From contig NC_068987.1 of assembly GCF_001194135.2 (NCBI RefSeq), positions 49,145,594 to 49,209,593 of the forward strand: 64,000 bases of DNA, read 5' to 3'. Numbering within the stretch: position 1 is the first letter of the stretch; each line of letters opens with the position of its first letter. The notes under the pieces are model-generated. The model made no database searches, was not told the DNA's origin, and saw only the letters and a program-made list of their open reading frames with translations. This DNA is from Octopus bimaculoides (lineage: Eukaryota). The position numbers and the translations under genes were made by a program. Below are positions 1 through 12,831 of this stretch, one piece after another.

Positions 1-13
1 GGTGAAAGATAAA

Positions 14-365
14 CAAATAGCAACAAATAGATTGTGGTTCACAACAGCTTTTTTCAGACTTGTTTTTTTTATTGCTGAATAGAACTATTACATCGTGTGA
101 TAAAACCATTTTTATCAGGTGAATACATGTAAGAATTAAGCATTTTGAACATCGCAATTCCAAAGCAAAAGTTCTATTTTTGACTCTGCCGAACAAAAAT
201 CATGGTCGATATTGCTTTGGAGTTGAGATGTTCAAAATATTTAATTCTTACATGTCTACAATTGATGAAAACGTTTTTTTCACACGATGCAATACTTCTA
301 TTCATCAATAAAAAAAACATGTTTGAAACAGCAGTAGTGAACCACAATCCATCTGTTGTTATTTG
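14..365. repeat. Foldback/MITE-like inverted repeat, arms of about 155 bp
   Basis: 14-169 is the approximate reverse complement of 211-365, with scattered mismatches and a spacer of about 40 bp. Confidence 0.85.
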
Positions 366-423
366 TGTGTGTGTGTGTGTGTGTGTGTATACGCACACAA
401 ATATGTAAGTATAAATGATGTGT

Positions 424-702
424 TATTTCTTTACTAGCCACAAGGGGATACACACAGAGGGGACAAACAAAGACAAATGGATTAAGTCAATTATATCGAC
501 CCTAGTGCGTAACAAAGACAGACAAACGGATTAAGTCGATTATATCGACCTCAGTGCATAACTGGTACTTATTTAATCGACCCCAAAAGGATGAAAGACA
601 AAGTAGACCTCGGCGGAATTTGAACTCAGAAAGTAGCAGCAGATGAAATACCGCTAAGCATTTCACCTGGCGTGCTAACGTTTCTGCCAGCTCACTGCCT
701 TA
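424..702 (-). mobile_element. tRNA-derived SINE, family A, with an internal tandem duplication of about 50 bp
   Basis: Minus strand reads ggcagtgagctggcagaaacgttagc...ctgagttcaaattcc...ctttcatccttttggggtcgattaaataagtacc; the same family recurs more than 20 times in the window. Confidence 0.85.
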
Positions 703-725
703 TCTTATGATGTGTATTTAATATA

Positions 726-802
726 TAGTGGTAGTGGTGGTGGTGGCAGCGGCAGTGGCAACAGCAGCAGCAGCAGCAGTAGCAGCAGTAGTAGTAGTAG
801 TT

Positions 803-838
<36 letters not shown>
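726..838. repeat. (GTG/GCA/GTA)n microsatellite
   Basis: Direct reading. Confidence 0.95.
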
Positions 839-1787
839 TTGATGCAGGCTTCAAACTATTACAGAAGCAATAGAATAAAGGCACATAAATGTGTATTGTG
901 TACAAGAGTACTGAGTGCTGCATATGAGGAAACACATATACATCATCAGCATCAGCATCATCATTATGTAATGTTCATGTTCCGTGTTGGCACAGGCTGG
1001 ACAATTTGACAAGATTTGATGAGTCTATGCTTTGACATGGTTTCTATGGCCAGATGCCCTTTCTAACCCCAATCACTTTACAGCATGTGCCACTTGCACT
1101 ATTGAGGTCACCATGCATCTCATAGGTATATGAACCTGGGAGGAGGTGGCAGTTTCAAATTCATATTAGGTTTGAAGGGGGTTAAACTGTGAGGGGTGTA
1201 GCCAGCATAGCTTCTTATAGAGGATCTGCATGGCTCTTCATATTTAGTCCGAGGAGAGAAAGAGAAAATAGAATGATCAGTCATAGTGTAGATCCTGATA
1301 GAGTAGTAAATCAGTGTATTTTCAATGCAGCAATGAACTCCTGGCCATCTACACTCTCAAATTGGGACCTTGAGAAAAATTGAAAGTCCACTAGAAATGA
1401 AACTCCTGCTACATCACTGGCAAAAGCTGTAAGTCTTACAAAAACTAATATGTAATACAAGAGGACAAAGAATGAATGTAGCACAATTTTATTATTAGTT
1501 ACAATTGTTTTGGTACCCCTCCATTTCTAAGACTATTGCACATAAACAATTCCATGTGCATATATATTTACTCTCACATACACACAAACACATACACATG
1601 TGCACGCACACACTCACACATATACACACACACTCACACATGTATATGTTTAATGTTAAAGTTGGAAAAATGTGTATTCAATACCATAGTAGGAATTGAT
1701 AATGCATTTTCTTTTGATCAAGATAATGTCTTGCTACTCTGAGTTTCCTCTGCAAGTGCAGAGTCTTAACCAAAATAAAATATATAA

Positions 1788-1885
1788 ACTGCATGGCACC
1801 TTGGGCAAATGTTTTCCACTATAGCCTCAAGCTGACTAAAGCCTTGTGTGTGGAGTTGGTGGATGGAAACTGAAAGAAGCCCATC

Positions 1886-1919
<34 letters not shown>

Positions 1920-2125
1920 CACTTTGTATCTCTGTTTGTCCCCCACCACCACTTTACAACCAGTGTTGGTTTGTTATATCTCCCTAACTTCAGCAAAAGC
2001 GACTGATAGAATAAATACCAGGCTTTAAAAAAATGAGTACTAGGGTTGAGTTGTTCAACTAAAAATTCTTCGGGGTGGTGCCCCAGCATGGCTGCAGTCT
2101 AATGACTGAAACAAGTAAAAGAATA
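1788..2125 (+). mobile_element. SINE family B (CORE-like), with internal (TG)n and a conserved 3' module
   Basis: ggcaccttgggcaaatgttttccactatagcc...gaaactgaaagaagccc, then the module ending gactgaaacaagtaaaag; the central block resembles the CORE domain (from recall). Confidence 0.8.
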
Positions 2126-2559
2126 AAGGAAGAATATACGTGTATGTAGTATGTATGTATGTATGTATGTATGTATGTATGTATGTATGCATGCATACTT
2201 CACAATATACATGCATGCATGTATATTGTGTATTACCAAGATGACTAAGCAATCTGAGATGCCAGAATATGTTGGCATGAAATGGAAGGATCAGCAATAA
2301 TGCAATTTCCCAAGAGCATCTCCTCATCTTTAAAGATCAATATTTTTAAGATTGTCACCAATGCGTAAATTTTTGGTTTATTAAAAATTTTAATAAATTT
2401 TATTTTTTAATAGAGAATGTAAAAGCTAACTTTTAGGTTTTCATCATCTTTATCTCTCTTTCTGGGTACTACCCACCACCATTATATAATGCAGAGTACA
2501 ATGTATTTCCTATATAGCAGGACAAGTGTGCCTGTACCCCTATGATACTTATGCCTTTT

Positions 2560-3210
2560 ATCACCTGGAATGAAATTACCTCCCTCTCTACAACTCTACT
2601 CAATCAAGAGAGGTTTGTCTTCATCTTGCAAGTTACCTGGTGACCACACCTAATGCCATTGTCACAAAAAAATACACCCAATGCATGCTGTTGTAGTGGC
2701 ACGAAATTATGGCCACCATTGAGGAAGTACAATCTACGCATGCACGAGGCACTTGCCTTCCCGGAAGCCCCTTGAGTGCGCATGCATAGTAAAACCAGTA
2801 CTTAAAGCACTACTTTCGTTTTCTAAGCCTCTTCAGCATGACACCTATGACGTGACAGCTACTTACTCCTCTGGCATGCATCAACGAAGCTCTTAACCTT
2901 CCAATGCCGATGACAAATCAACCAGCGGCTGCTAAGCTGAATGGCACAGGATTTGTAAAACCAAGCATCACCAAAAATAAAACTTATTTTATTATGTTGC
3001 TAATTGTTCTACTGTTTCTTGATATATAATTTTGTTGAAAGGTGATAGAGTATTGCAACTATCAACCTTTTACACTGTAAAGGGGTTGGCAACAGAAATC
3101 ATGCCAAAGAATACTTTGGAGTTCAGTGCAGTTCTCTAATTTGTTGGATCCTGTCAAACCATCTTCCATGCCAGCATGGGAGATGGTTATTATATGATGA
3201 TGATGACAAT
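2560..3210 (+). mobile_element. RTE-tail short retroposon split by a solo LTR
   Basis: Removing 2692-3074 and one CTGT restores the family motif ...ctgtaaaggggttggc...catgccagcatgg...(gat)n. Confidence 0.65.
2692..3074 (+). mobile_element. Solo LTR (Gypsy-like, 4-bp TSD CTGT)
   Basis: Starts TGTAGTGG and ends TTTACA; CTGT at 2688-2691 and 3075-3078; AATAAA in the 3' third; about 90% similar by eye to 54841-55235. Confidence 0.85.
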
Positions 3211-3672
3211 GATGATGATGGTGGTGGTAGTGGTGGTGGTGGTGGTGGTGGAGGTGGTGAATATAAAAATATCAAAAGATATATTTCAATTTATGCCAGA
3301 AATGTTCATTTTGAATTAAGTTAGCTACTTTCTTTAAGGCAAGTTTTAAGTGAGAAATTTTCTGTTCTAAGACACTAATATGAATCCCTGCAGTATATTC
3401 TCATGACGTATAAAATAATCACTTTGAAAGTTTTACACTTCTTCGACTGAAAAACCATCAACATTGCTTGAAAACATCACAGAGTAAACAGCTGAACAGC
3501 AACTATTAACTTGTGAAAAAGAAAAAGATATGGAAACCAAAAATCCATCCTATTTATAGTTTTCCATCAGCAACTTGTTTTCTACTACAAGAAGAAATTC
3601 CAAAGTAATGTAATATAGTTCTTTTGGTGCTATAAATACTGAACAAAATAAAGCATAAAGAAATAAGAATAC

Positions 3673-3842
<170 letters not shown>

Positions 3843-4265
3843 CAAAAAGTTAAAAACAAATTCTTCTCTGCATAGTAGAGTATCTTCCTTTCCTACAGTT
3901 TGTAAAGCAGCAATAATACTAATAATGATAATAATAATAATAAAAAGAAAGTATTCTCTGCATATAGCATTTCTTTACTTCAACAGTTTGTAAAGTACAT
4001 GTGCGCAGGATGATTTTTCACTCATGTTTTGACGGCTTTTGCATTAACATACGTATATATCATTGTCATATTCTTGCCTGTCGTAGAAAAACTGAATTTT
4101 GGTAATGAGAATTTTTTTTAGTCTGGATGACAAATTAATGGTAAACAGGAAGGAATGATATATGCGTATCTATATCTATGTACATACATACATACATACA
4201 TACATATACATATACATGAAACAAGGACATTAAATAATGATGGTGATGATAGTGATATATATATA

Positions 4266-4322
<57 letters not shown>

Positions 4323-4590
4323 ATATATATATGCCTGCGTGTGTAACAGAAGTTGACAATTTAAAATTATTATTATTTTGTTGGAGTGACATCTTGCTCG
4401 CCACACACATACTATTTTGTTGATTTTCATTTCATGTACATATAGAATTTCAATCATGCATGGTTACACACATAATGTATGTAGATATCTAAATGATGAT
4501 AAGCTATTTACATAGTTTATATAAACATAGGTGAATTAAATTAAGACAAACATGAAATGTCTCACTGGTGTGATGTACTATAGAACATAT

Positions 4591-6510
4591 CATGATCATC
4601 ATCATCGTTTAACATGTTTTCCATGCTGGCATGGATTGGAAAGTTTGACTGAGGTCTGGAGAGCCAGTGGCTGTACCAGGCTCCAGTCTGATCTGGCAAT
4701 GCTTCTACTGCTGGATGTCCTCCCTAACGCCAACCACTCCGAGAGTGTAGTGGGTGCTTTTTACATGCCACCTGCACGGGGGCCAGCCAGGGGGTACTAG
4801 AATTGGCCACGTTTGGATGATGCTTTTTACATGCCACTGGCATGGGAGCTGGTCTGGAGGTACTGGCATCTGCCACATTCAGTTGGAGCTTTTTATGTGC
4901 CACCGGCACAGGAGCCAGTCCGGCGGACCTGGCATTGACCACATTTGGATGGTGCTTTTTATGTGTCACTGGCATGGGAGCCGGTCAGGGAGAACTGGCC
5001 ACAGCTATGATATTGGTTTTACTTGACTCAACAGGTCTTCTCAAGCATATTATATTGCCCAATGCATCAAGGGTATTCTTAACAGGACCAGACATGCATG
5101 GCTGTGATCTCACTTTAGTTGCCGGGTCTTCTCAATCACAGTATATTTCCAAAGGTCTCGGTCTCCTGTCATTGTCTCTGTAAGGCCCAATGTTCGAAGG
5201 TTGTGCTTCACCACCTCATCTCAGGTCTTCCTTAGTCTACCTCTTCCACAGGTTCCTTCTACAGTTTGGGAGTGGCACTTCCTCATACAGCTTTCTTCAT
5301 TCATAATTAACATATGACCATACCAGTGCAGTCACCTCTCTTGCATATCACATTTGATGCTTCGTATGCCCAACTTTTCTCTCAGGACACTTACACTCTG
5401 TTGTGTTATGCACACTGACATTACACATCCAGCAGATCATGCTAGCTTCATTTCTTTCAAGCCTATGTATGTCCTCAGCATTCATGGCCCATGTTTCACT
5501 GCCATGTAGCATGGCAGTTCACACACATGCATCATACAGTCTACCTTTCACCCTGAGTGAGAGGCTCTTAGTTGTCAGCAGAGGTAGGAGCTCCCTGAAC
5601 TTTGCCCAGGCTATTCTTATTCTAGCCACTACACTCTCAGAGCAACCGCCCCACTACAGATTTGGTTGCCTAGGTAGCAGAAGCTATTAACTTCTAGTTT
5701 CTCCTCTTTGCATGTGATGGAATCTCTTTTCTGTACATCTTCAGTGTTTATTGCCCCAGTGCATCTGCCACATACAAAATCTATTTTCCCGGTTAACCTT
5801 CCTTTGATATCGCTGCACCTTTTATATGTCTATAGCTTACACCGGGTACATCGTATGGAGTTTCTACCCACACTTTCTATACAGATTGAGCAGGGCCATC
5901 TACCTGAAGGGGTTTGTGATTTGACAGCCTTCCTACTTACTAAGACTTTAGTTTTTGCTAGGTTAACCCTAAGGTCATTCAATTCTAGACCTTGCTCCAC
6001 ACACTAAACTTTGTCTCCAGTTCTGGCAGTGACTCGGCTATTAGTGCAAGGTCATCAGCATAGAGGAGCTCCCAGGGGCAGCCTGTCTTGAATTCCTCTG
6101 TAATTGCCTGGAGAACTATAATGAATAAGAAGGGGATGAGGACTGATCCTTGGTGAACCCCTACTTCTACTCGGAATTCTTCACTATACTTGTTACCAAC
6201 CTCACCTTACTGACAGCATCCCTGTACAGGGCTTGTACAGCTCTTACCAGCCACTTATATATCCCCAGTCTCTGCATTGACCACCAGATGAGGGATCGGG
6301 GGACCCTGTCAAAGGCTTTCTCCAAGTCAACAAAAGCCAAGTACAGAAATTTATCTTTGGCTAGGTATTTCTCCTACGGTTGCCTTACCGGAAATATAAC
6401 ATCAGTGATGCTTCTGCCTGGCACAAAACCAAACTGCACCTCATCTAGGCTAACTCTCTCCCTAATTAGTTGGGCTATGACTCTTTCTGTAACTTTCATC
6501 ACCTGATATA
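4591..6510 (-). mobile_element. RTE-clade LINE, 3' half, degenerate RT and 3' UTR with (GAT)n tail
   Basis: Colinear with 28687-30710; minus strand carries degenerate RT segments matching LDEVQFGFVPG, RSLIWWSMQRLGI and KGRLYDACV; runs into a gap. Confidence 0.9.
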
Positions 6511-7094
6511 TATNNNNNNNNNNNNNNNNNNNNNNNNNNNNNNNNNNNNNNNNNNNNNNNNNNNNNNNNNNNNNNNNNNNNNNNNNNNNNNNNNNNNNNN
6601 NNNNNNNNNNNNNNNNNNNNNNNNNNNNNNNNNNNNNNNNNNNNNNNNNNNNNNNNNNNNNNNNNNNNNNNNNNNNNNNNNNNNNNNNNNNNNNNNNNNN
6701 NNNNNNNNNNNNNNNNNNNNNNNNNNNNNNNNNNNNNNNNNNNNNNNNNNNNNNNNNNNNNNNNNNNNNNNNNNNNNNNNNNNNNNNNNNNNNNNNNNNN
6801 NNNNNNNNNNNNNNNNNNNNNNNNNNNNNNNNNNNNNNNNNNNNNNNNNNNNNNNNNNNNNNNNNNNNNNNNNNNNNNNNNNNNNNNNNNNNNNNNNNNN
6901 NNNNNNNNNNNNNNNNNNNNNNNNNNNNNNNNNNNNNNNNNNNNNNNNNNNNNNNNNNNNNNNNNNNNNNNNNNNNNNNNNNNNNNNNNNNNNNNNNNNN
7001 NNNNNNNNNNNNNNNNNNNNNNNNNNNNNNNNNNNNNNNNNNNNNNNNNNNNNNNNNNNNNNNNNNNNNNNNNNNNNNNNNNNNNNNNNNNNNN

Positions 7095-7215
7095 TAAACA
7101 ACAAATAGATGTATTAGTATAACGTTTGGGAATGGAGAAAGTCTTTAACGTTTCGAGCCTACGCTCTTCAACAGAAAGGAACACAGAAAGAAACAAGGAG
7201 AGCAACAAGGAGAGA
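7095..7215 (-). mobile_element. Probable PLE-associated terminal fragment carrying a hammerhead motif
   Basis: Contains the hammerhead-like motif at 7143-7178; the rest is lost in the gap. Confidence 0.5.
7143..7178 (-). ncRNA. Minimal type I hammerhead ribozyme-like motif, variant core CUGUUGA
   Basis: cttt-CTGTTGA-A-gagc(gtag)gctc-GAAA-CGTT-aaag: stem I and stem II pair, with a palindromic AACGTT in place of stem III. Confidence 0.6.
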
Positions 7216-7224
7216 AAAAAAAAA

Positions 7225-7375
7225 TGATGGGCTTCTTTCAGTTTGTCTACCAAATCCACTCATAAGGCTTTGATTGGCCTGAGGCTATAGTAGAAGACAC
7301 TTGCCCAAGGTGCCACACATTGGGACTGAACTTGGGACCATGTGGTTGAAAAGCAAACTTCTTACCACACAACCA
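7225..7375 (-). mobile_element. SINE family B (CORE-like)
   Basis: gggcttctttcagttt...aagacacttgcccaaggtgcc on the plus strand. Confidence 0.8.
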
Positions 7376-7639
7376 TCTTCTTTTTTTTTGTTGTTTTGTT
7401 TTTGGTAGAAGGATCAAACATTAGATTACCAACATATTGACAAAATTTTGCTTCATTGCTATACAGCACTAAAGAACATATTTATAGATTTGGCTTCCCA
7501 CTCTGTGTATCACAATGAATGTAAATAATACAGTTATACAGTATGCTTGTAGACAGAAGAAGTGAGAACAACTGTATGTACATATCAGTTTTTGTTGAAG
7601 ACATTGTCAGCAACTGTGTGTCTCACTTAATTGTAATAA

Positions 7640-7845
7640 TAGGCACAAAGTCTGAAATTTGGGGGAAGAGGTAGTCAATCACATCAATTCCAATGCTCAA
7701 CTGGTACTTATTTCATTCACCCTGAAAGAATGAAAGGTAAGTCACCCTTGGTAGAATTTGAACTCAGAACATAAAGACATATGAAATGTCACTAAGAATT
7801 TCATCCAGGTTGCTAATGATTCTGCCAGCATGCTGCCTTGATTAT
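7640..7845 (-). mobile_element. SINE family A
   Basis: Family motifs ggtacttattt...gaatttgaactcagaac. Confidence 0.75.
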
Positions 7846-8332
7846 AATAACAGTGACCTTATTGTATACAGTGCTCAAGTGCACTACAATACATTGGAAA
7901 AGGTTAAAAGAGGGAACAAAGAGCAGACATAAAAGTCAAGTAAAGAAAGGCAGTAATGAAATTTAGAAGTACATGCACAGTACACTGAGTAAAACACAAA
8001 AATAAGAGAAAATTGAGCATTAAATGAGTTGTAAGGAATAAGGGTGCATAGATATATCACGAGTGTTGGTGAATTTTGGGAAGCATGGAATTTTTGAGGG
8101 GTCCTGTGTCTTGATAGTTAACAATGGACTTGGGTTATTTATTTTATGCTATAACAATTCTGAGTGTGAAAAAATACAAACACATTGCTTATAACTTATA
8201 TTGATTTTTTTCTTTCCAATGAACAATATCAATTGTTTGGGTAATTAGCTGAATTTTTGGAGAATTAAAAGTTATGAGATTAGTATGTTTAACAAAGGCA
8301 TAAATCATTTTGTTACAATATTTCTTTTGAAA

Positions 8333-8764
8333 TAAGGCGGCGAGCTGGCAGAAACGTTAGCACACCGGGTGAAATGCTTAGCAGTATTTCATCTGCCTTT
8401 ACATTCTGAGTTCAAATTCCGCCGAGGTCGACTTTGCCTTTCATCCTTTCAGGGTCGATAAATTAAGTCCCAGTTACACACTGGAGTCGATGCAATCGAC
8501 TTAATCCCTTTGTCTGTCCTTGTTTGTCCCCTCTATGTTTAGCCCCTTGTAGGCAATAAAGAAATAAGAAACGTTAGCACGCCGGGCGAAATGCTTACCG
8601 GTATTTTGTCTGTCTTTACATTCTGAGTTCAAATTCCGCCGAGGTTGACTTTGTCTTTCATCCTTTCAGGGTTGATAAAGTAAGTACCAGTTGTATACTG
8701 AGGTCAATCTAATCAACTGGCCCTCTCCTCCAAAATTTCAGGCCTTGTGCCAAGAGTAGAAAAG
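8333..8764 (+). mobile_element. Head-to-tail SINE family A dimer with 16-bp TSD
   Basis: aatatttcttttgaaa at 8317-8332 and 8765-8780; the two bodies have different tails. Confidence 0.85.
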
Positions 8765-8906
8765 AATATTTCTTTTGAAAAACACTACATTTGTTTCAAT
8801 TACGAAAATAACAAAGAATTCAGTAAAATAATTGTCATTATTAAGCTGGAGTTTGGAACATAAATTTAATGTGGAATTTTAGTGGAAAGTTTCAACTTAG
8901 ATTACT

Positions 8907-9134
8907 TTAATCCTTTCATTACTATATTTCTAATGATATACACTGCCTGTGTTTCAATTAATTTTGAAAATAATGAAGAATCATGTAAAATAATTTTGTC
9001 CTTGTTAAAGCAATGTTTGGAACATGATTTAACATGAAATTTTGGTGGAAGGTTTTAATTTAGATCATTTAAAAATAGAAAGTTTGTATTGTAGAACTGG
9101 GTCAGTATCAGGTGGGTTAGTATTAAAAGGGTTA
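8907..9134. mobile_element. TTAA-bounded MITE-like repeat, partly duplicated upstream (about 8790-8906)
   Basis: Ends ttaatcctt / aagggttaa; the internal block tgtttcaatt...gtttggaacat...ttagat occurs twice. Confidence 0.45.
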
Positions 9135-9552
9135 AGGATATAAGTGAAATATTTAGGTAATTTCCCCTGCTCCTAATTTTAGAATTTAAAACTGATTTAA
9201 ATATTTATTGGTTTTGAAATTCTTCCAACAACTGCCAGCATATGGCATCTGATATGCTATGTGTTGTAAAAGAAAAATGACAAAGCAGATAATTACCTAC
9301 TCATATTTCCAGGGCTGGCACTAGGAAGTGCAGGGCCCAATTAGAGAATTGTCAATGAAGCCCTCTACTCTACAAAAGCTGAAGACTGATGTTTTATGCT
9401 TCATGTAGTATGCCAGTTTCAACTAAAAAGTATTGAGGGCTTGAGGTTCTACCATTAGCCACAATGATATACAAAAAATTGAAAGTTCATATGAAAGTTT
9501 TAATGTTTTACTACAAGTCAAGATAATTACTGACATACTGTTAATAGGCCTT

Positions 9553-9799
9553 TTACAAACAGACTTTTCTGGCCTTTTTATCTAAGAAGTCTTTCAAAAT
9601 CGTTTCAAAGCAATGGTTTTTGTAATATTATTCTCTATTGGTAGCATCACTGAATTATTTAGTCTCTCTTGTGAAATTGTTGACCATAGCTATGTTTTAA
9701 TCAGTTTTATTTTTTTTAAATTTCTTTAACTTGATGCGACTGTTTGTTACAAGCATTGTTAAGTAAATCCTCAATGCAATAAAAACATCGGGAAATGCT
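9553..9799 (-). pseudogene. hAT transposase C-terminal dimerisation-domain remnant
   Basis: Minus-strand translation AFPDVFIALRIYLTMLVTN...STISQERLNNSVMLPIENNITKTI...ILKDFLDKKARKVCL*, with frameshifts; degenerate hAT-like ends near 9309 and 9900. Confidence 0.7.
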
Positions 9800-10879
9800 T
9801 AATTCATTGTAGCATCCTCTGCTAGAGTGTGTACACAAGCCTTTTCTTGGCATGGGGCCCAATTTGAACAAATCTATCTAACTGGTTTAAAACTAGCCTT
9901 ACATACTCTGCTCAAAGACATTCCATTAGAACTTTATACAAAATTTAATTCCATATGCTTCCATTCACCTGGTTGTGACAAAAAGTATCACATCTTAGGA
10001 ATGTTATCTTACTCATTCCTCACACCTTTAACCATCTCACACTTTCCAATACTCTCTTGCAACTTCACCCATCCACACTCCCTGTTCTTCTGTCCAAACT
10101 TCCTCCTGATCACTTTCTTGTACTTTGATGGTCCAATCTGATACCGCATCATCACTGTTTTTATCTTGCTTTCTAGGTCTAACCCAATTGCTCCCACTTT
10201 CTCCTCTATAATATAGAGTTACCACATAACCCCTCTACAGCAACAAACCCATTCTGCTCTGGCACCTTCTTTCATGCATTAACCTCATAAAGCCACCTCC
10301 CCTCTACTGTAGCCCCACTCAATCAAAGGAAATCGTAGTCTTGCAAGCTGCATGGTGACCTCATTAGCTCTGATGACATGAGAAAAAAAAACAAAAAAAA
10401 AAACAGTAAACTCTGTAAAGTGGTGGAGGTAGTGGTGGCAGTATAGGTGGTGACATAGCTAGCAGCGGTGGCAGTGGTGGAGAGATGATGATGATGATGG
10501 TGATGATGATGATGGTGATGATGATGATGATGATGATGATAATGATGGTGAGTATTTGAATTTATTGGATGTAGCTTTCATAGCATATGAAGACATGGTT
10601 CTTATAAATGTATTAAAAGAAATTAGTGATAACATTATACTGTTGGAGAAACCTTACAAGGTACAACATCATGTTAAGTAGATTCTTGTGAAGTAATGTG
10701 GTATATACAAAACAACCTTGGTAAAGCAATTCCAGCTTTGATATTATTAAAGCAATCTTGATAAGTTTTTACATAAGGTTGTCAGATGCAATAGATTTAA
10801 CGATACTTCAGGTATTTATTGCTGTCTGTCAACTACACATGAATATTTAACATATAGTAGTTGTTGTTGCCATTGGAAT

Positions 10880-11482
10880 GAGGCTAGCATGTAATGTAAG
10901 TGTACACATGTGACAAGGTGAGAGAGGAGTTAAGCATAAGAGGAACTGGATGCAATGTGCAAGAGAGAAGACTGTGTTGGTTTGGTCATGTGATGCATAT
11001 AGATGCCAACAGCTCCATAAAGAAATGACATTCAGTCAAAGTGAATGGAATTCATGGAAAAGAGAGACCTAGAAAGAAATGGGAGGAAGTATTGAAGGAT
11101 GGCCTCAGGATGCTAAACCTTTCAGGTGAGATGACAAGGACTGAGATATTTGGTGCCTTGCTGTACTCAAGGAGACCCATTCTCTACAGCAGAAGTGTTA
11201 AGGCCACATCCCCCAGTGAAGTGGATTGGCTTGCATGAATCCTGTGCCAGTGTCATGTAAAAAGCACTTGTACCAGTGTCATATAGAAGCACTCATACCA
11301 GTGCCATATTAAAAGCACCCAGCACACATTGGAAAGTGGTTGGCATTAGGAAGGGCATCAAGCTGTAGAAACCAAGCCAAATCAGATTGGAACTTGGTGC
11401 AGCTTCCCAGATTGCCAGCTTTGGCCAAACCGTTTAACCCATGCCTGCATGGAAAAGAGATGTTGAAGAATGATGATGATGA
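10880..11482 (+). mobile_element. RTE LINE 3' fragment with (GAT)n tail
   Basis: Degenerate QERRLCWFGHV and RPRKKWEEV, then the ggcattaggaagggcatc motif. Confidence 0.75.
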
Positions 11483-11936
11483 CTATCAAATACTGTATTC
11501 TCTGGTATACAAGTTGACTATTTCAAACCAAAATTCCCTGCCAAAGAAAGGTAGTTCGACTTATTCACAAAGACAGATTTGGAGGAACAAACATTCCATG
11601 TGAAATGCAGCAGGATTTGGAAAGGTAGTGATGTTTGAACGTTTACACTACATGTTTACACTATATACTATGTCGACTTGCATGCTGGAAAATATGATAC
11701 ACCATTTTTCTAAAGAATGGTTGAATGTGATTTGAAAGAAATTTGGCTGCTATTTCTTGCAGATTAAACAATCATGCAGAACTTCCTACCTCACAATTGT
11801 CGTTTAACCTTGAATTAGCCCTGTTTGAGCAAACTTATAAAATACAGTAAACAGGACAGCACTTATTTAATACCATAGATGAAATTAATGAGGAATTAAA
11901 AGTTTGAGATATAGATAAACTTTCAATGTGGGGATT

Positions 11937-11937
<1 letters not shown>

Positions 11938-11971
<34 letters not shown>

Positions 11972-12038
11972 ATACATACATACATACATATATACATACA
12001 TACATACATATATACATACATACATACATATACATACA

Positions 12039-12072
<34 letters not shown>

Positions 12073-12089
12073 CATACATACATACATAT
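11938..12089. repeat. (TG)n plus (TACA)n microsatellites
   Basis: Direct reading. Confidence 0.95.
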
Positions 12090-12620
12090 AATATGAAAAA
12101 ATTAGCATTTCAATATAAAGGCCCACTTGTTTGCTTGAGAACTCAGAGGTATCTTCAAAGCAGAAACCTAACCCAAATGCTTGTAATAGGGTGGATTTAC
12201 TAAAACCACCCAAGGATGGTGTTACTACTAGGGGGTGGATTAAATCACCTCTAAAGATGACCAAAGCAGGATTTGAACTAAAAATACAATAAAAAAAGAA
12301 CAAATACTGCAAAGCATCTCATCCTATACTCTAACATGCTCACCATTTCATTTTGGAAGGATGAATAGCAAAGTTAACCTTGATAAGATTTGAACTCAAA
12401 ACACAAAGTGCTGGAATAAATACCACTGGTTTGTTCAATATAGATACTGGGTTCAGTCCCCTTGCATAGCACCTTGGGCAGGTTCTTGCTATGGCCCTGG
12501 GCTGACCAAAGCCTTGTGAGTGGATATGGCAGACAGAAACTGAAAGAAGCCTGGTGTGTGTATATACATACATACATATATATANNNNNNNNNNNNNNAT
12601 ATATATATATATATATATAA

Positions 12621-12831
12621 AATTAGGAATATTGCATTTTAAATCTTTCAGAGAGAGTTATGCAGTAGCAGCATAATAAAGTGATGGGTTGTTGACAACT
12701 TAATGTGGCAGTCCCAGGAAAGGGAAGAATGCTACTGTTATTTAGCCCCAAGTTGGCAACAAACCATCACTTTATTGTGCTGCTACGGCATAACTCTCTC
12801 TGAGAGATTTAGAAATGCAATATTTCTAATT
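12621..12831. repeat. Foldback/MITE-like element, arms of about 81 bp and a spacer of about 48 bp
   Basis: 12621-12701 is the near reverse complement of 12750-12831. Confidence 0.9.

Noticed and set aside
1331-1428. Exon ending at a strong GTAAGT donor
   Set aside because: All three frames contain stops from the best acceptor.
4752-5005. CRISPR-like array
   Set aside because: Eukaryotic context, imperfect contiguous units without unique spacers, located in a LINE 3' UTR, and no cas genes.
6462-7259. Long ORFs spanning N-gaps (also 18281-19309, 39155-39777, 59140-59856)
   Set aside because: Their length comes from X residues in gaps and adjacent microsatellites.
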